In this document: one piece after another, positions 39,962 through 57,700 of the stretch
How the letters are laid out: the number at the start of each line of letters is the position of its first letter
Numbering within the stretch: the stretch's first letter is position 1
Assembly (NCBI GenBank): GCA_014905635.1
Contig: JABVCE010000003.1
Span: forward strand, 1,736,001-1,800,000
Direction: 5' to 3'
Length of the DNA stretch: 64,000 nt
Origin: Scenedesmus sp. PABB004
Lineage: Eukaryota
Notes under the pieces: generated by a model
Databases searched by the model: none
The model's input: only the letters and a program-made list of their open reading frames with translations
What the model was told of the DNA's origin: nothing
Program-made: the position numbers and the translations under genes

Positions 39962-42315
39962 ATGGCCGGCCGCGGCCGAAAGCAGGTGCGTCGGCGCCCC
40001 CGCGAGGCCGCGAAGCCTGCGCCGTAGCCGTCTGACCCCTCCCCCGCCCCCGCAGTCGCCCTTCATCGGGCGGCGCGTGCCCCTGGTGGCGGACGATGGC
40101 GCGCCGCTGCTCTACCCGCGCTACACGGACGTGGCCGAGGTCCTGCTGGTGCGTGGCCACGCGCCGGACCCCGCGCCACCCGCCGCGCTGCAGCGCTGAC
40201 GCGCGCGCCGCCCGCCGCCGCCGCAGGACGGTGCGCCGGCGGGCGCTGCTGCCGCGCGGCCGCCGGCGGCTGCGCAGCCGGCTGCGCGGCCCGCGGGCCT
40301 CCTGGTCGGCTGGCCTGGCGCTGGTGGCGACGCAGCTGGCGCTGCGGGCGCCGACGGCGCGCCGCCCGGCCCGACCGCCGCGCCGCGCCGCGCCCGCCAT
40401 CGCAGGCCCCGCGCCGACCGGCGCCGGCAAGGCGCAGAAGAAGCGCACCGCGGGCGAGGCCAACGGCGTGACCGCCGCGCCCGAGCCGGCGGCAAAGAAG
40501 AGCAAAAAGGAGAAGAAGGCGGCGGTGGCGGCAGCCGACGACGCGGCGGCGGCGGACGCGGCGGACGCGCAGCCCGACCCGTCGGCCGTCGCGCTCACGG
40601 ACGACGGCGACGAGGCCGCCGCGCTGCGGGCGCGGCGCGAGGAGAAGGCGCGCAAGAAGCGGGAGAAGCAGGCGCGCCGCGCCGCGGAGCTCGCGGCAGA
40701 GGCGGCCGCGGCGGCCGCGGCGGCGGCGGCGAGCGCGGGCGCGGACGGCGGCGCGGACGGCGGCGAGGCCCCTGGCGCCGGCGCCGCGGCGGGCGGCGCC
40801 GGCGGTGAGGACCGGGGCAACGCGGAGGAGGCGGCGCGCATGCGCGCGGTGCTGGGCTTTGGCGCCACGCCTGCGCCCGCGGCCGCGCCGGCCCCCAAGG
40901 CGCCGCCGCCGTCGAGCTTTGCCTTCAACTTTGGCCTGGCCGCTGCGGCGCCCGGCGGCGGCGGCGGCGGCGGCGCGGAGGACGCCGCGGCGCGCGTCGC
41001 GGCGCAGACGGCGGCCAAGCTGGCCGCGATGGCGGCGGTGGACGGCGCGGACAAGGACGGCTACGTGCCGCGCCGGGTGCGCGCCGCGCCGCGGCGCCCC
41101 CTGGCCGCGCGACCCACGGCCGCCGCCGCCGCGCCTCAACCCCTCTGCCGCCCGCCGGCCGTCGACGTTGCCGTGGTTTAGGTGTTTGTGGGCGGCATGC
41201 CATACGGGTACAGCCGCGAGGACGTGGCCGAGTACTGGGCGTGGTGCGGCGACATCGAGGCCCTCGACTGCCTCACCTTCCCAGACAGCGGGCGCTTCAG
41301 GCGCGCCGCGCGCTGCAGCCGGCGGCGCCGCGGTGACGGCCCGCCCTGCCGCCCGCGGCGGCCCGCGCCGACGGCGCCCTCCCCTCCCTCCTCGCTCCCG
41401 CCCGCCTGCCTTGCTCCTCGCTCTCCCCCCCCCCCCGGCCGCCCAGGGGCATCGCGTTCATCACCTTTGAGACCCAGGCCGGCGCCGACGCGGCGCTCGC
41501 GTGCGACGGCGAGCAGCTGGACGGGCAGACGCTCAAGGCGCGTGCGGCCGCGCGGCGCGCGGGGGGCGTGCGGGGCGCGCCTCGGCGCGCGCGCGCGCCG
41601 CGCTGACCGCGCTGGCCGTGCCGCCGCCGCTTGCGCGCAGGTGGAGCGCTGCAAGGCGGTCGCAGCGGCCAAGCAGATGCGCGCGTCGGTCAGCGGGCGC
41701 GGCGCGCGCCAGCCCGCAGGCGCCGCGCCGGCGCGGGAGCAGCAGCAGCAGCAGGGGGAGCACGCGGAGCAGCAGCAGCCGGGCGGCGACGCCGGCGGGG
41801 GCGGCGGCGGCGGGCCGGCCAAGGCTCCCGGCTACAACGTGGCCTACGTCGGGAACGTCGCGTTTGAGGCGGAGCCGGACGAGCTGCGCGAGCTGTTTGC
41901 CGACTGCGGCGTCACCAAGGCACGCGCCTGCGCGCGCCGCCGCCGCCTGCGCGCGCAGCCTCCGCTGCCGCCGCCGCCCACCCCCGCCTCCCTTGCACGT
42001 GCGCGCGCGTGCGCCAGGTGCGGCTGCACACGGACAAGGCGACCGGGCAGTCGCGCGGCTTTGCGCACGTCCACTTTGCCGACGAGGCGGGGCTCGACAG
42101 GTGGGCGCCCTGCGCGCCGCCACGCTGCCGCACCACGCGCCGCGCGCACCCCGCTGCCCGCCCCGCGCGCGCGCTCCACCAAACACACGCTCACCCCGCC
42201 CCGCCCCGCCCCGTGTGGCGCCGTGCGCCCCGCGGCCAGGGCGCTGGGCCTGAGCGGCACGGAGCTGCGGGGCCGCGCAATCAAGGTCAGCCCGGGCCAG
42301 CCCAAGAAGGCCTGA
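39962..42315 (+). CDS. Two-RRM RNA-binding protein, PHIP1/Gar2-like
   Basis: Lys/Glu-rich N-terminal region; RRM1 VFVGGMPY...FR|GIAFITF; RRM2 AYVGNVAF...SRGFAHVHF; about 8 introns, three of them GC-AG; 5' exon structure uncertain. Confidence 0.82.
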
Positions 42316-42410
42316 CGCCGGGCCAGGCGGGCGGCGGCGTGCCCTGTTAACCGCCCACGCGCATGTGCACACGCGCCGCGAGAAGCACTCGCGTCGGCCG
42401 GCAGGCGCGG

Positions 42411-43399
42411 CTAGCCACGGCGGCGCCAGCGCGCGTGGCCCGCCAGCGCGATGCCCTTCCACGCCGCCGCGACGAGGCGCCCGTGCGCAACGTCGTCGGC
42501 CGCCGCGAGCCGCAGCACGCGCGCCGCCGCGGCGTGGGGGAAGGCCTCGAGCGGCAGCGCGCGCCCCAGGCCGGCCAGCTGGCGGATGAGCTTCTTGACC
42601 CGCCGCTCGGCCGCCTGCACCGCAGTCAGGCTGCTCTCAAACAGGGCCGCGCCGCCGCCGAGCAGCTCCTGCGCCGCCGCGTGCTGCTCGAGCAGGCTGA
42701 CCACGGCGTCCGCCTCGAGCGTCTTGACCGCCATCAGCCTGCTGCGCGCGGATCCGAGCGCGCGGCGCGCCGCCTGAGCGGTCGCTCCGCCGCCGCGCGG
42801 CACCGGCGTGGAGTCGAGCTGGCGCAGCGTGGCCTCCATGTCCGCCTTGGCGCCCACGACCGCCGCCGGCTGCAGCGGCGCCCGCGCGAGCAGCGCGCAG
42901 CACAGCGCGTCCACCGCCGCCGCGAGCGGCCGGTTGCCGGCGTACACGCGCGGCGCCGCGCCGCGCGCCGGGGCGGCCGCGCCGCCGGCGCTGGCGCGCG
43001 GGGGCGCGGCGCCGCCCCCGGCGAGCTGCTTGCGCGACGTGGCGCGCTGCGCGGACTCGATGCTCAGCAGGCGCAGCACCTGGAACTCGGTCTGCCGGTA
43101 GGCCGCGGCAAACTCCTGCGCCGGGCGCGGCGGTGCGGCGGCCCGGCGGCGCGGCGCAGCGCAGGTCAGCACGCAGGGCTTGGCGGCCGGCGCGGCGGTG
43201 GAGCCCGGGCGGCAGCTGGCGCCGGTCGCGGAGCGCGACGTGGCCGCTGCGGCCGGCGCCGAGCACGCCGCCGCGCCTGGCCGGCCGGGGTCGGCGCCGC
43301 CGCGTGCGCCAGGCGAGGGCTGCTGTCAGCGGAGGACGGTGCGGAGCTGGCGACCACTGACACATGGACCGCGGCGAGAGCGCGAGCGGCGGCTGCCAT
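42411..43399 (-). CDS. Hypothetical protein (helical, Ala/Leu-rich)
   Basis: Exon EFAAAYRQTEFQVLRLLSIE...VKKLIRQLAGL with coding-like codon usage after a CAG acceptor near 43117; 5' exon uncertain; family not recognised. Confidence 0.5.
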
Positions 43400-44098
43400 C
43401 GCGCGCCGCTGCTGTCGCGGTGCTGCGGGGCGGCTGCGAGCTGCCGCGCGCTGTCGAGGCGGTTCGGGTGGCCAATGCGTGCTGCTGGAGCGGCTGCCAG
43501 GGCAGGCGCGCGAGCAGCGCCGCGAAAGGAGGGAGCGGCGAGACAGCTGCCGCCGGGGCGCAGCGAGGTGCCCGAGCTGGTCGACGATGCTCCACAAGAG
43601 CTCTCACGGCTGTGGGCGCGGCGCGGCGCCCGGAGCCGCACGGATGCAGATGGGAGGGGTCAGTGTGGCATGTGACGACTTGGCCGCCGCTGCGCTAGGC
43701 GCGGCGCTGCGGCTGGCTCTGAGGCCCGCTGCTCAGGAGGCTGCACGGGACTGCGGGGCCGCCGCCGCACCGCCGCCGGCAGGCTGGCCGCCGCTCGAAG
43801 CGCAGGCGATTGCACTACCAGAGCGCGCGCCGCGCGCCGTGAACCCGCACTCTGCACACGTGCCGGGCACCGCCGCCGCGGCGCGCCCCGCTCCCCAGAG
43901 CCGCGGCGGCACGGCGGTCACGGGACCGCCGGCCGCTCGCGCGGCAAAGCCCCGCAGCCATCAATGTTCACCGCCGCGTCGCCGGCCAATGCGGCCGCAG
44001 CAGGGAGCCCGCGCCCGCGCGCCGCCGGGCGCCCGGCGGCGGCTGCAAAAAGGGAGTGCTGCGCTTGACCACCGGTCAAATCGCGGACGTACATGCGC

Positions 44099-49103
<5,005 letters not shown>

Positions 49104-49183
49104 GCGCGCTGGGCTGGGCTGCCGGGCGGCGCCCGGCGCGGCCGCGCGGCCGCCCGCGCTGCGCAGCAGCAGCGCCGCGAGCG

Positions 49184-49572
49184 CAGCGGCCGCCGCGGCC
49201 GTCGCCTGCTCGCCGCCGGCGCCGGCGGGCTCGCCCGGGGCCTGCGGGGGCGGCGCCCATGCTGTCTCCGCCCCCGGGTGGGGGCCTGCGGCGCGGGTGG
49301 GGGCGGGGCGGGCGGTCGTCAGGGGCGGTAGTGGCGCCCCGGCCCCCCAAACGCGCGGCGCGGCGGGGCCGGCCGGCGGTTCTCGACGGCGCAGGGCACC
49401 GCACGTCGCCCGTTTCACGTGCGCGCGAGCCCCGCCGGAGCGCCGGAGCGGCGTGCGCACCTGCGAGGTCGCGAGCGCCGCCCTCGCCTGGCCGGCCCCA
49501 GCTCGCGCGCATGAAGTGGATGGACGGCGCGGGCGCCGACGTCGACGCACACGCCGCGACTAGACCGCCAAT
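49184..49572. repeat. Dispersed intergenic repeat, copy B, with about 156 bp extra internal sequence (49327-49482)
   Basis: Both arms align by eye to the reverse complement of 25203-25437; copy A joins the arms directly as GTCGTCAGGGGC|CTCGCCTGG. Confidence 0.85.
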
Positions 49573-49910
49573 GCTGCGCAGCTCGACGACTGCTGCTGTC
49601 GCGCGTGGACCGCCTGCTGCGACCTCGCCGCTCCGCTGCGTCCTCTCCTGCTGCGCTTTGTGCTCACGTCGACCTCACTGCAGCAGGCAGAGTCGTGGCC
49701 GCAAACCCTGCTGGTCGAGCGCCCGGCGAGCTCCTGCGCCGCCCACGCCCACTGCGCGGCCTCCCGCCGCCGCCCACAGCGCCAGGTGAGCACACCCGTG
49801 GCAGACAGGCACCGCAGGAGGCGCCACGCGTTGTTGCCCCGCGCACCACCGAGGGGCCCGCCGCGCCCCCTAGCTCTGCCGCGCCCCACGCGCCATCTCA
49901 CCGCGTCAGG

Positions 49911-51209
49911 ATGCGCGCTGCGGCGCGAGGGCCGGCGCGCGCGTGGGCGCCCGGCGCCGTGCCGCGACCGCAGCGGCGGGCGAACAGCAGCAGCGCTCTG
50001 CGCGCCCTGCGAGCGCGCCCCGCGCCCGCGCCAGACGCGGGCGACGCGCCGGGCGAGTCGGCGGCGGCCCTGGGCGCGCTGGCGGTGTCGCTCGTCGGCG
50101 GCGCCGCGCTCGGCGGCGGCCTCGGGCTCGGCCTCGACCCGGCGCTGCCCGCCGCGGTCGCGCCGCTGAGCGCGTCGCTCGGCTGGGCCTACACCATCGC
50201 GTGGACGCTGTCGTTCTACCCGCAGGTCCTCGACAACGCGCGGCGGCGCAGCGTGAGCGGGCTGAGCGTCGACTACCTCGTGTACAGCAGCCTCGGGTAC
50301 GCGGCCTACACGGCCTACACGGCCGCCCTCTACTTCAGCCCCGGCGTGGCCGCCGCGTATGCGGCCGCGCACGGCGGCGCGGCGAGCGACGTGCAGCTCA
50401 TGGACTGCCTCTTTGCCGGCCACGCGCTCGCGGTCAGCGGCTTCACGCTGCTCCAGGCGGCCGTGTACGGCGGCGGCGCCGACGGCGAGGGCGAGGGCGA
50501 GGGCGGCGCGCCGCCGGCGGCGGCGGCGTCGCAGCGGGCGCAGCAGCCGGCGCAGCAGCCGGCGGCGCAGCAGCAGCCCGGCTGGCGCGGGCTGGGCACG
50601 TCGCGCGTGTGCCAGGCGACCGCGCTGGGCGTGGTCGCCGCGGTCGCCGCGTACGGCGGCCACATCGGGCGCACGTGCGGCGGCGCCGACTGCGACGCGT
50701 GGCTGCCGCTGCTGTCGGCGCTCGGCGGCATCAAGGTCACCATGACGCTCGTCAAGTACACGCCCCAGGCGGTCATGAACGCGACGCGGCGCAGCACGGA
50801 GGGCTGGTCCATCGGCAACGTGCTGCTCGACCTCGCCGGCGGCCTGCTCTCGTTCGGCCAGGTCGGGCTCAACGCGCTGGCGCGCGGCGACGCGACCGTC
50901 ATCACCGGCAACCCCGCCAAGCTCGGCATCGCCGCGATATCGATCGCCTTTGACCTCCTCTTTGCCGCGCAGCACTACCTGCTCTACCCGCACACGACGA
51001 CGCAGGCGCAGGCGCAGCCGCAGCCCCCGCGCGGGCGGCCAGGCGCCGAGGCGGCGCAGGGCCAGGGCGGCCCGCCGGATGGTTCGGGTGGCGGCGGCAG
51101 CGGCGAGCGGGCGGCCGCGGGCGCGCGGCGGCCCGCGCTGGCGGCGCGGCGCGTGCCCGCGGTCGCGGCCGCGGCCGCCAAGCCGGGCCGTGGCAAGGGC
51201 CGCGCGTGA
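49911..51209 (+). CDS. CTNS: Cystinosin homolog (PQ-loop vacuolar/lysosomal cystine transporter), intronless
   Basis: LGWAYTIAWTLSFYPQVLDNARRRSVSGLSVDY; VKYTPQAVMN...STEGWSIGNVLLDLAGG; GNPAKLG...FDLLFAAQHYLLYP. Confidence 0.9.
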   Translation: MRAAARGPARAWAPGAVPRPQRRANSSSALRALRARPAPAPDAGDAPGESAAALGALAVSLVGGAALGGGLGLGLDPALPAAVAPLSASLGWAYTIAWTLSFYPQVLDNARRRSVSGLSVDYLVYSSLGYAAYTAYTAALYFSPGVAAAYAAAHGGAASDVQLMDCLFAGHALAVSGFTLLQAAVYGGGADGEGEGEGGAPPAAAASQRAQQPAQQPAAQQQPGWRGLGTSRVCQATALGVVAAVAAYGGHIGRTCGGADCDAWLPLLSALGGIKVTMTLVKYTPQAVMNATRRSTEGWSIGNVLLDLAGGLLSFGQVGLNALARGDATVITGNPAKLGIAAISIAFDLLFAAQHYLLYPHTTTQAQAQPQPPRGRPGAEAAQGQGGPPDGSGGGGSGERAAAGARRPALAARRVPAVAAAAAKPGRGKGRA

Positions 51210-51936
51210 GGCGGCCGGGCGGGCTGGAGGGGGCGAGCGCGGGCCCTGCCGGCGCGCCGCTGCGGCGAGCGAGCGACCGGGGGGCTCGTGTGTGTACCAC
51301 CAGGCGGGCGGCGCGCGCGGCGCCGGCTGCGCGCCGCCTTGGCGCGCCGGTGCCGCGGCGCGGCTCTGTATACCAACTAGCACGTGTGGCTCGACTGCAG
51401 GGCCGCCTGGACGGTGATGATGATGATTGGTGGTGTTGGTGGGGCAGGGACGGCGGACGGGCGGACGGCGCGCGAGTGTGTGTGTGCGTGCGTGTGCAGG
51501 GGCGACCAGGGCGGCGCGAGGCGGAGAGCGATTGCGCGTGCGCGTGTATGTGTGTGCGCGGGACGACACCACCCACCAGCTGCCGCCTTGATCACGGTCC
51601 ACGCCTCTCCACCCCACCGAGTGCGTCGACTCGCCCGGCAAGCCAGACGAGAGCGTGGCTCGCGCCGCTGTGTGCCGCGCGCCGCCACACGCCTCTGCGC
51701 AAGAGGCGCGCGTGCGCGCGCGCGGCGGGTGCGGCGCAGCAGGGAGGCGCAGACGGCGAAGAAGAAGAGTCAGCGGCTGATGTACACCATATGAGGCCCC
51801 ATTGCTTTGCATCCCCTTGCAGCTGCAGGTTGTGCGCGACAGCAGCTGGATCACGAACAGGCTGGGGGCCTTGTTCGCGCGCGGACCCCTCCGGACGGGC
51901 GGCGCGTGTATGCTATAACCCAAGGGCAACGGCCTC

Positions 51937-53017
51937 TTACAGCAGCAGCGCTCGCAGCAGCAGCCGCCCGCGCGGCGGCCGCGGCCCAGCGCAGCGCGCG
52001 CCCGCCGGCAGCGCCACGGCCCCAGCCGGCCGGCGCGGCGCGCTGCCCCTGCAGCTGCTGAGCCCCGCGCCGCCCCGGCGGCGTGCTGCACCGCACGCCG
52101 CCGCCTGCACACGACGCGCTGGCGGCGCGGACCGCACGCCGCCGCCGCTGCCGCCGCGGCCACCCGCGCCGTCCGCCTGCGGCGCCGGTGCCGGCTCCGG
52201 GCCCGCGCCGGGCTGCTGCTGCGGCTGCAGCACCTGCGCCAGCGCCTGCGCCAGCGCCGCCGTGCCGTCCTGCAGCGGCCGCAGCCGCCAGCACCCCGGC
52301 GGGCGCTCCTCGGCCAGGCCCCAGCGCGCGAGCGCCGCCAGCGCGCTGTCGGCGTCAAAGTCGACGCCCGCGCCGCACGCGTCGGCCAGGAACGCCTCGC
52401 ACGCGGCGTCGAGCGCGCGCGCGCTCCAGCCGGCGCGGCGCGCCGCCAGCGACTCCGGCGCGTCGGCCGCGTCGGGCGCGTCGGCCGCGAGCATGACGCT
52501 GACCGCGACCGCGCACTCGCACAGCGTCGCGTCGCGCAGGCCGTCGATGAGCCGCAACACCACGCCCGCCCCCGTGTCGCGCGCCGCGACGGCCTGCAGC
52601 CGCAGCATCGCCGCGGCCTGCGACGTCGCGCTGGAGCGGAGCGTGGCCAGCACGCGCACCGCGCGCGCCGCGACGAGCCCCGCCGCCGACACTAGCACCG
52701 ACAGCGACCAGCCCAGGTGCTCGCCGTCGGAGAGCTGCGGCCGGCCGGCGGCGCGGGGTCAGAGAGGCAGGCAGGCGGCCAGCCACACGCGGCCGCGGGC
52801 GGCTGCGGGTGCCCTGGCCGGCCGCGCCCCGACGGGCCGCCGCGCTGTGGCGCACCCGGCTCAGCGCCGCCGCCGCCGCCGCCGCCGCGCCCAGCGCCGC
52901 CAGGCTCGACCGCACGACGGCCGTCGCGCTTGGCGCGGTGTCGACGACCTCCGGTGGGAAGCAGAGCTCAAGGTCGGCGAGTGGCACCTCGCCAAACGAA
53001 CGCAGGACAACCCCAGT

Positions 53018-53058
<41 letters not shown>

Positions 53059-54389
53059 TGCCGGCCGCCGGGCCGGCCGCCCCAGCGCCGGCGGCGGCGC
53101 CGCCGCCGGGCTGCGCCTCGCCGCCGCGCGCGCCGCTGGCCGCGGCCTGGGCCGCCTCGACCGCCGCGTCGAGCGCCATCGCGACCGCGCCGCTGCTGGC
53201 GTAGACCGCGGCGGTGGCGGCCGACTCGGCCGCAGCCGCCTGGCTGCCGCCGGCGGCGCCGCCGCCCGGCGCGGGGCGCCCCAGCGGCGCGTGCAGCAGC
53301 ACAACCTCCCTGAACGTGGGCTCCACGAGCGTGAGGCGCTGCCACCAGCACGCGAGCACCTCCCGCGGGCCTGGCATCAGGCTGCGCAGGCTGCGGCGCG
53401 CCACCGCGCGCGCGTGCCGGTGGTGGAGGTCGGCCGACGCAAACGGCAGCAGCTCCGTGTCGCCGCCAGCCGCCGCGCCTGCGCCGGCGCGGTCGCCCGA
53501 ACTGCCGCCGCCGCCGCCGCCGCCGCCGCCCTCGCGCTCCGCGCCGCCGCCGCCGCCGCTGCCGCCGCCGCTGCCCTCGCCGCTGCCGCCGCCGCCGCCG
53601 CCGCGCTCGGCGCCGCCGCCGCCCGCGAGGGCGTGCGCCCAGCGCGCCGCGCGCGCCGCCGCTGCGCGCGCGGGGGCGATCAGCAGGTACTCGGCCAGCA
53701 GGTCGCCCTTGGCCGACAGCCACAGCCCCTCGGCCGTGGCCACGCCCACGCCGCGGTGAAAGACCAGCATCCGGCCCGCCCACGGCGGCAGCCGCGCGCG
53801 CGACAGCAGCGCCTGCTGCCGGGCGGCGCCACTGCAGCAGTCGGCGGGGTCCAGCGGGAGGGCCGCGGCTTGCTGCTGCTCGCGGCGCGCCCACCAGCGC
53901 TCCAGCGGCGCGCCGTCCAGCACGCCATAGTCGACGCTCACCGGGATGTCTGACCGTCGGTGGCGGCGCGGGGCGGGGTGAGCGGCGGCGCCTGCGCGGC
54001 CAGCGCCTGCGCCGCGCGGCCGGCCGGCGCGCACCAAATGTGAACGCGTTGGCCGTCGCTGCCGCCCACTCGGCGGAGGTGAGCGGCACGAAGCGCGCCT
54101 CCAGCAGCGCGCTGGTCAGCCCGTCGAGCAGCTCGCAGGCGGCGGCCTCGCTCATCGCCGCCGCGCCCGCGCGCGCCAGGCCGGCCTTGAGCGAGCGGGT
54201 GGCATCGCGCTGCAGCAGCAGGGCGCACGCGAGCTCAAGCAGATCCAGCAGCGCGGCGTGCTGCGCGGCCAGCCCTGGCGCGGCGTCAGCGACGTGCGCC
54301 GCGAGCACCGCACGCAGGGAGGTCCACTCCAGGTCCAGGTGGCGGTCGGGCGGGCACAGGATGACCACGCCGTCGCTGCTGCCCGCCAT
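51937..54389 (-). CDS. DUF3754/TMEM143-like protein
   Basis: ARFVPLTSAEW...F|DIPVSVD, MLVFHRGVG, LVEPTFREVVLL, LRSFGEVPLADLELCFP, LDAACEAFL...VDFDADSALAALARWGL; about 2 introns. Confidence 0.75.
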
Positions 54390-54727
54390 GCGTCAGGGCT
54401 GCTTGCCGGCAGCAGCAGCGAGCGGCGGTGCCGCGGCGACGTGGCGAGCTGCGGGGTCACCAGCTGCTCAAGCGCACGCAAGATCGCGGTGACGAGCTGA
54501 CGGGGCGAGGAATGAGCGTCGTGGCGCTGCGTCGGTCGCCGCCGTCAGGCACGGTTTGGCGCCGAGCGGCGCAAAAGCCCTGGTCGACGTCAAGGTCAAG
54601 GCGCGTTCACAGGTCCAGCGCGTGAGCCACTGAGGCGCGCAGTCACGGCGGGACGGACGCAGCAGCTGCCCGCGCTGCAGTTGGCAGCAGCGCGCGCCGC
54701 GCGCCGCTGCCGCCGCGGAGCAGAGCG

Positions 54728-57700
54728 ATGCAGGGCCTGCGCCAGCCGCCGCCGGCGGCCCGGCTGTCGGCCGGCTCGCCATGGTGTCGTAGCAGCCTGC
54801 TGCGACCGGCCCACCGCGCGGCGCCGGCGATGCCGGCAGCTGACGCGCTGCCGCGCGTCGGGGCGGCGCGCCGGCGCGGCGGGCCGGCCGCGGCGGCCGC
54901 GGACGGCCTGGCCGCGGGCGGCGCGGCGCAGCCGTCGCAGCCGTCGCAGCCGCCCGCGCCGGCGCAGCCGCCGCCCGCGCCGACGGCGGTCTACCTGCGC
55001 GGCCCGCTCGCGCCGGGCGCGGTCGTGGAGCAGCCCGGCAGCAGCGTGGTGCTGCTGGGCGACCTGCCCGCGGGCGCGCGCGTCGTGGCGGGCGGCGACG
55101 TGATCGTGCTGGGCACGTGCGTGCTGCGGCACCGGGGCGCGCGCAGCGCGCGCAGCACGCGCTCGCGCGCATGCTGCACGCGCCGACGCCCCGCCCTCCC
55201 GCCGCCGCAGGCTCGCGGGCGCCGCCGAGGCGGGGTGCGGCGGCGACGGCGCGTCGCTGGTGCTGGCGTCCGCGGTCGCGCCCGACGCGGCGCTCAGCAT
55301 CGCGGGCCGGCCCGCGCCGCCGCCGAGCAGCGCGGGGCGGGCGACTGGCGTCATGCTGCGCCTCGGGCCGGGCGCGAGCCAGCCAGCATACGAGGCCATG
55401 CCGGGCACGCCGCCGCTGCCAGTGGCCGGCGGCGCGGCCGAGGCGCCGGGCGCCAAGCTCGTGCGCGCGGCGGGCGCGCTGGGCGTGCTGGCGCTGGGCA
55501 TCGCGCTCGTGCTCGCGCCCGCGTCGGTGCTGGGCGGCCTGCTGTCCACCGACGCCGAGAGCGTCGCGGGGGCGCTGCTGGACGTCTTTGTGTTTGGCTA
55601 CATCCTGCTCTCGGTGGGTGGGTGGGTGGGGCCCCGCACGCCGCCAACGCAGCGCTCGGGCGCGCCGCGTGCCTCGTGCCTCGCGGGTGTGCCGCGCGCG
55701 AGGCGCGGCGTCGCCCCACGCCGCCCCACCCACCCTCTCCCAGGGCGCCAAGCTGCTGAGCGACGGCAGCGAGCTGCTCCTGGAGATCGTCAGCCCGGGC
55801 ATCATAGGGGGCGTCGTCCTGCCGGTCCTTGGCGCGCTTCCCGACTCGCTTATCATCCTGACGTCGCTCAACGCACCGGCGGCGGAGGCCGCGTCGACGG
55901 TCGCGGTCGGCGTGGGCACGCTCGCGGGCAGCACGGTGCTGCTGCTGAGCCTCGCGTGGGGCGCGAGCGTGCTCGTGGGGCGCTGCGACCTCGGGCCGGA
56001 CGGCATCGCCATCGACAAGCGCCTCACGCGCGGGTGGGACCTGTTTGCCACTGGAGTCACGGTAGATCAAGACGTGCGCACGGGCGCGGCCATCATGTCG
56101 GCCAGCGTCCTGCTCTACGGCATCGTCCAGGGCCCCGCCGCGCTCGGGTTCAGCCGCTCGCCACAGGCGCGCGGGACGGGGCGAGGCGTGGCGCCACGCG
56201 CGCGCGCCGCGGCGCCCACCGCCGCGCCCGCCCCGCCCCGCGCTGCCCCTTCAGGCCGCGCTCGCCGGAGCGGTGACGTGCCTGGCCTGCATGGTGGCAT
56301 ACTGCGGCTACAGCGTGCTGTTCCCCGCCCTGCAGGCCCGCCGCATCGAGGCGGCGCGCAAGGCGCGCTTCCGCAGCGTCGCGGTCAAGGTGCGCGCCGC
56401 GCCGCGCCGCGCGCGCGCCGCGCGCCGCAGCAGCCCCACCCGGCCCCCGCCCGCGCCGCGCAGGCGCTCGCGGTGCGCAGCAGCGAGCGCTACGGCGGCC
56501 CGCTGGTCGACCCTGCGGGCGCGCTCAACCCGGCGGCGGTGCGGTCAATTTTTGAGGAGTTTGACGCCGACCGCAGCGGCGCCATCGACGCGCGCGAGCT
56601 CCAGGCGCGGCCACCGCCGCGCGCCGGCCCGCGGCCGCGCCGGCGCCCGCCTCTGCGTGCCCAGCGCGCGCCGCCACCGCCCGCGTGCGCGCAGGGCCTG
56701 CTGGTGGGGCTGCAGCTCGGCGGCGGCCAGGCGGACGGGCTGCTGCCGGATGAGGAGAGCCTGGAGTATGTGCTCAAGGTGGGCGGGTGCATGGGAGGCG
56801 CTGTGTGTCAGTGCGTGCAGGGGCGTGGAGGGCCGCCGCCGGCCTGGCTCAGCTGGCGGCGCCGGCGCGGGCTGCTGCCCCGCGCCCCTCCACACCCCCC
56901 CCCCACGCGCCCCCGCGCCCGTCCCCCCGTGCGCGCGCGCAGGAGTTTGACCGCGACGCCGACGCACGCATCAGCTACGACGAGTTCAGCGCCGCGCTGG
57001 GGCGCTGGGTCGGCGAGAAGCTCAGCGCCACCGCGGGGGCGGCCCGGGGGGCGGCCTCGGGCGCGGCGGGCGCTACGCGGCGCTGCTGGACCCGCGCCGC
57101 GGCGGCGCGGCGGCGGCGGTGCTCGCCGACCTGCCGCCGGGCGACCTCGCGGCGCTCGCCGAGACGGCGGCCGCGCTCGAGGGCGAGGCGCCGGACGAGG
57201 CGGCGGAGGACCTGGAGGCGGGCGGCGGCGAGGGCGCGCCGCTGAGCTCGCGCGACATCCTGCTGCGCTCGGTCGTGCAGATGGGCGCCGGCATCGCGCT
57301 CTGCGCCGTGTTCAGCGACCCGCTCGTCGACGCGCTCTCAAACCTCTCGCGGTGCGCCGCCGCGCGCCCGCGGCGGCCCGCGGGCGGCGCGCGCGCCGCA
57401 CCGGCCCTGCCGCCCATGCCGCGCCCGCCGCCGCCGCCGCCGGCGCAGCGCGAGCGGCGTGCCGCCCTTCTTTGTGGGATTCGTGCTGACGCCGCTGGCG
57501 AGCAACTCGAGCGAGCTCGTGAGCAGCCTCGCGTTTGCCGCGCGCAAGCGGCGGCGCACGCTGTCGCTCACGCTCTCCCAGGTCTACGGCGCAGTCACGA
57601 TCAACAACACGATGTGCCTCGGGTGCGGGGGAGGCCCCCACACGATGCGCGCGCGCGCCTGCGGCGGCGGCACCGCCCGTGAGGCCCCCACAGCATGCAC

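Noticed and set aside
49540..49563. CTAG near the end of repeat copy B as a Helitron 3' terminus
   Set aside because: CTAG is not conserved in copy A and similarity continues past it.
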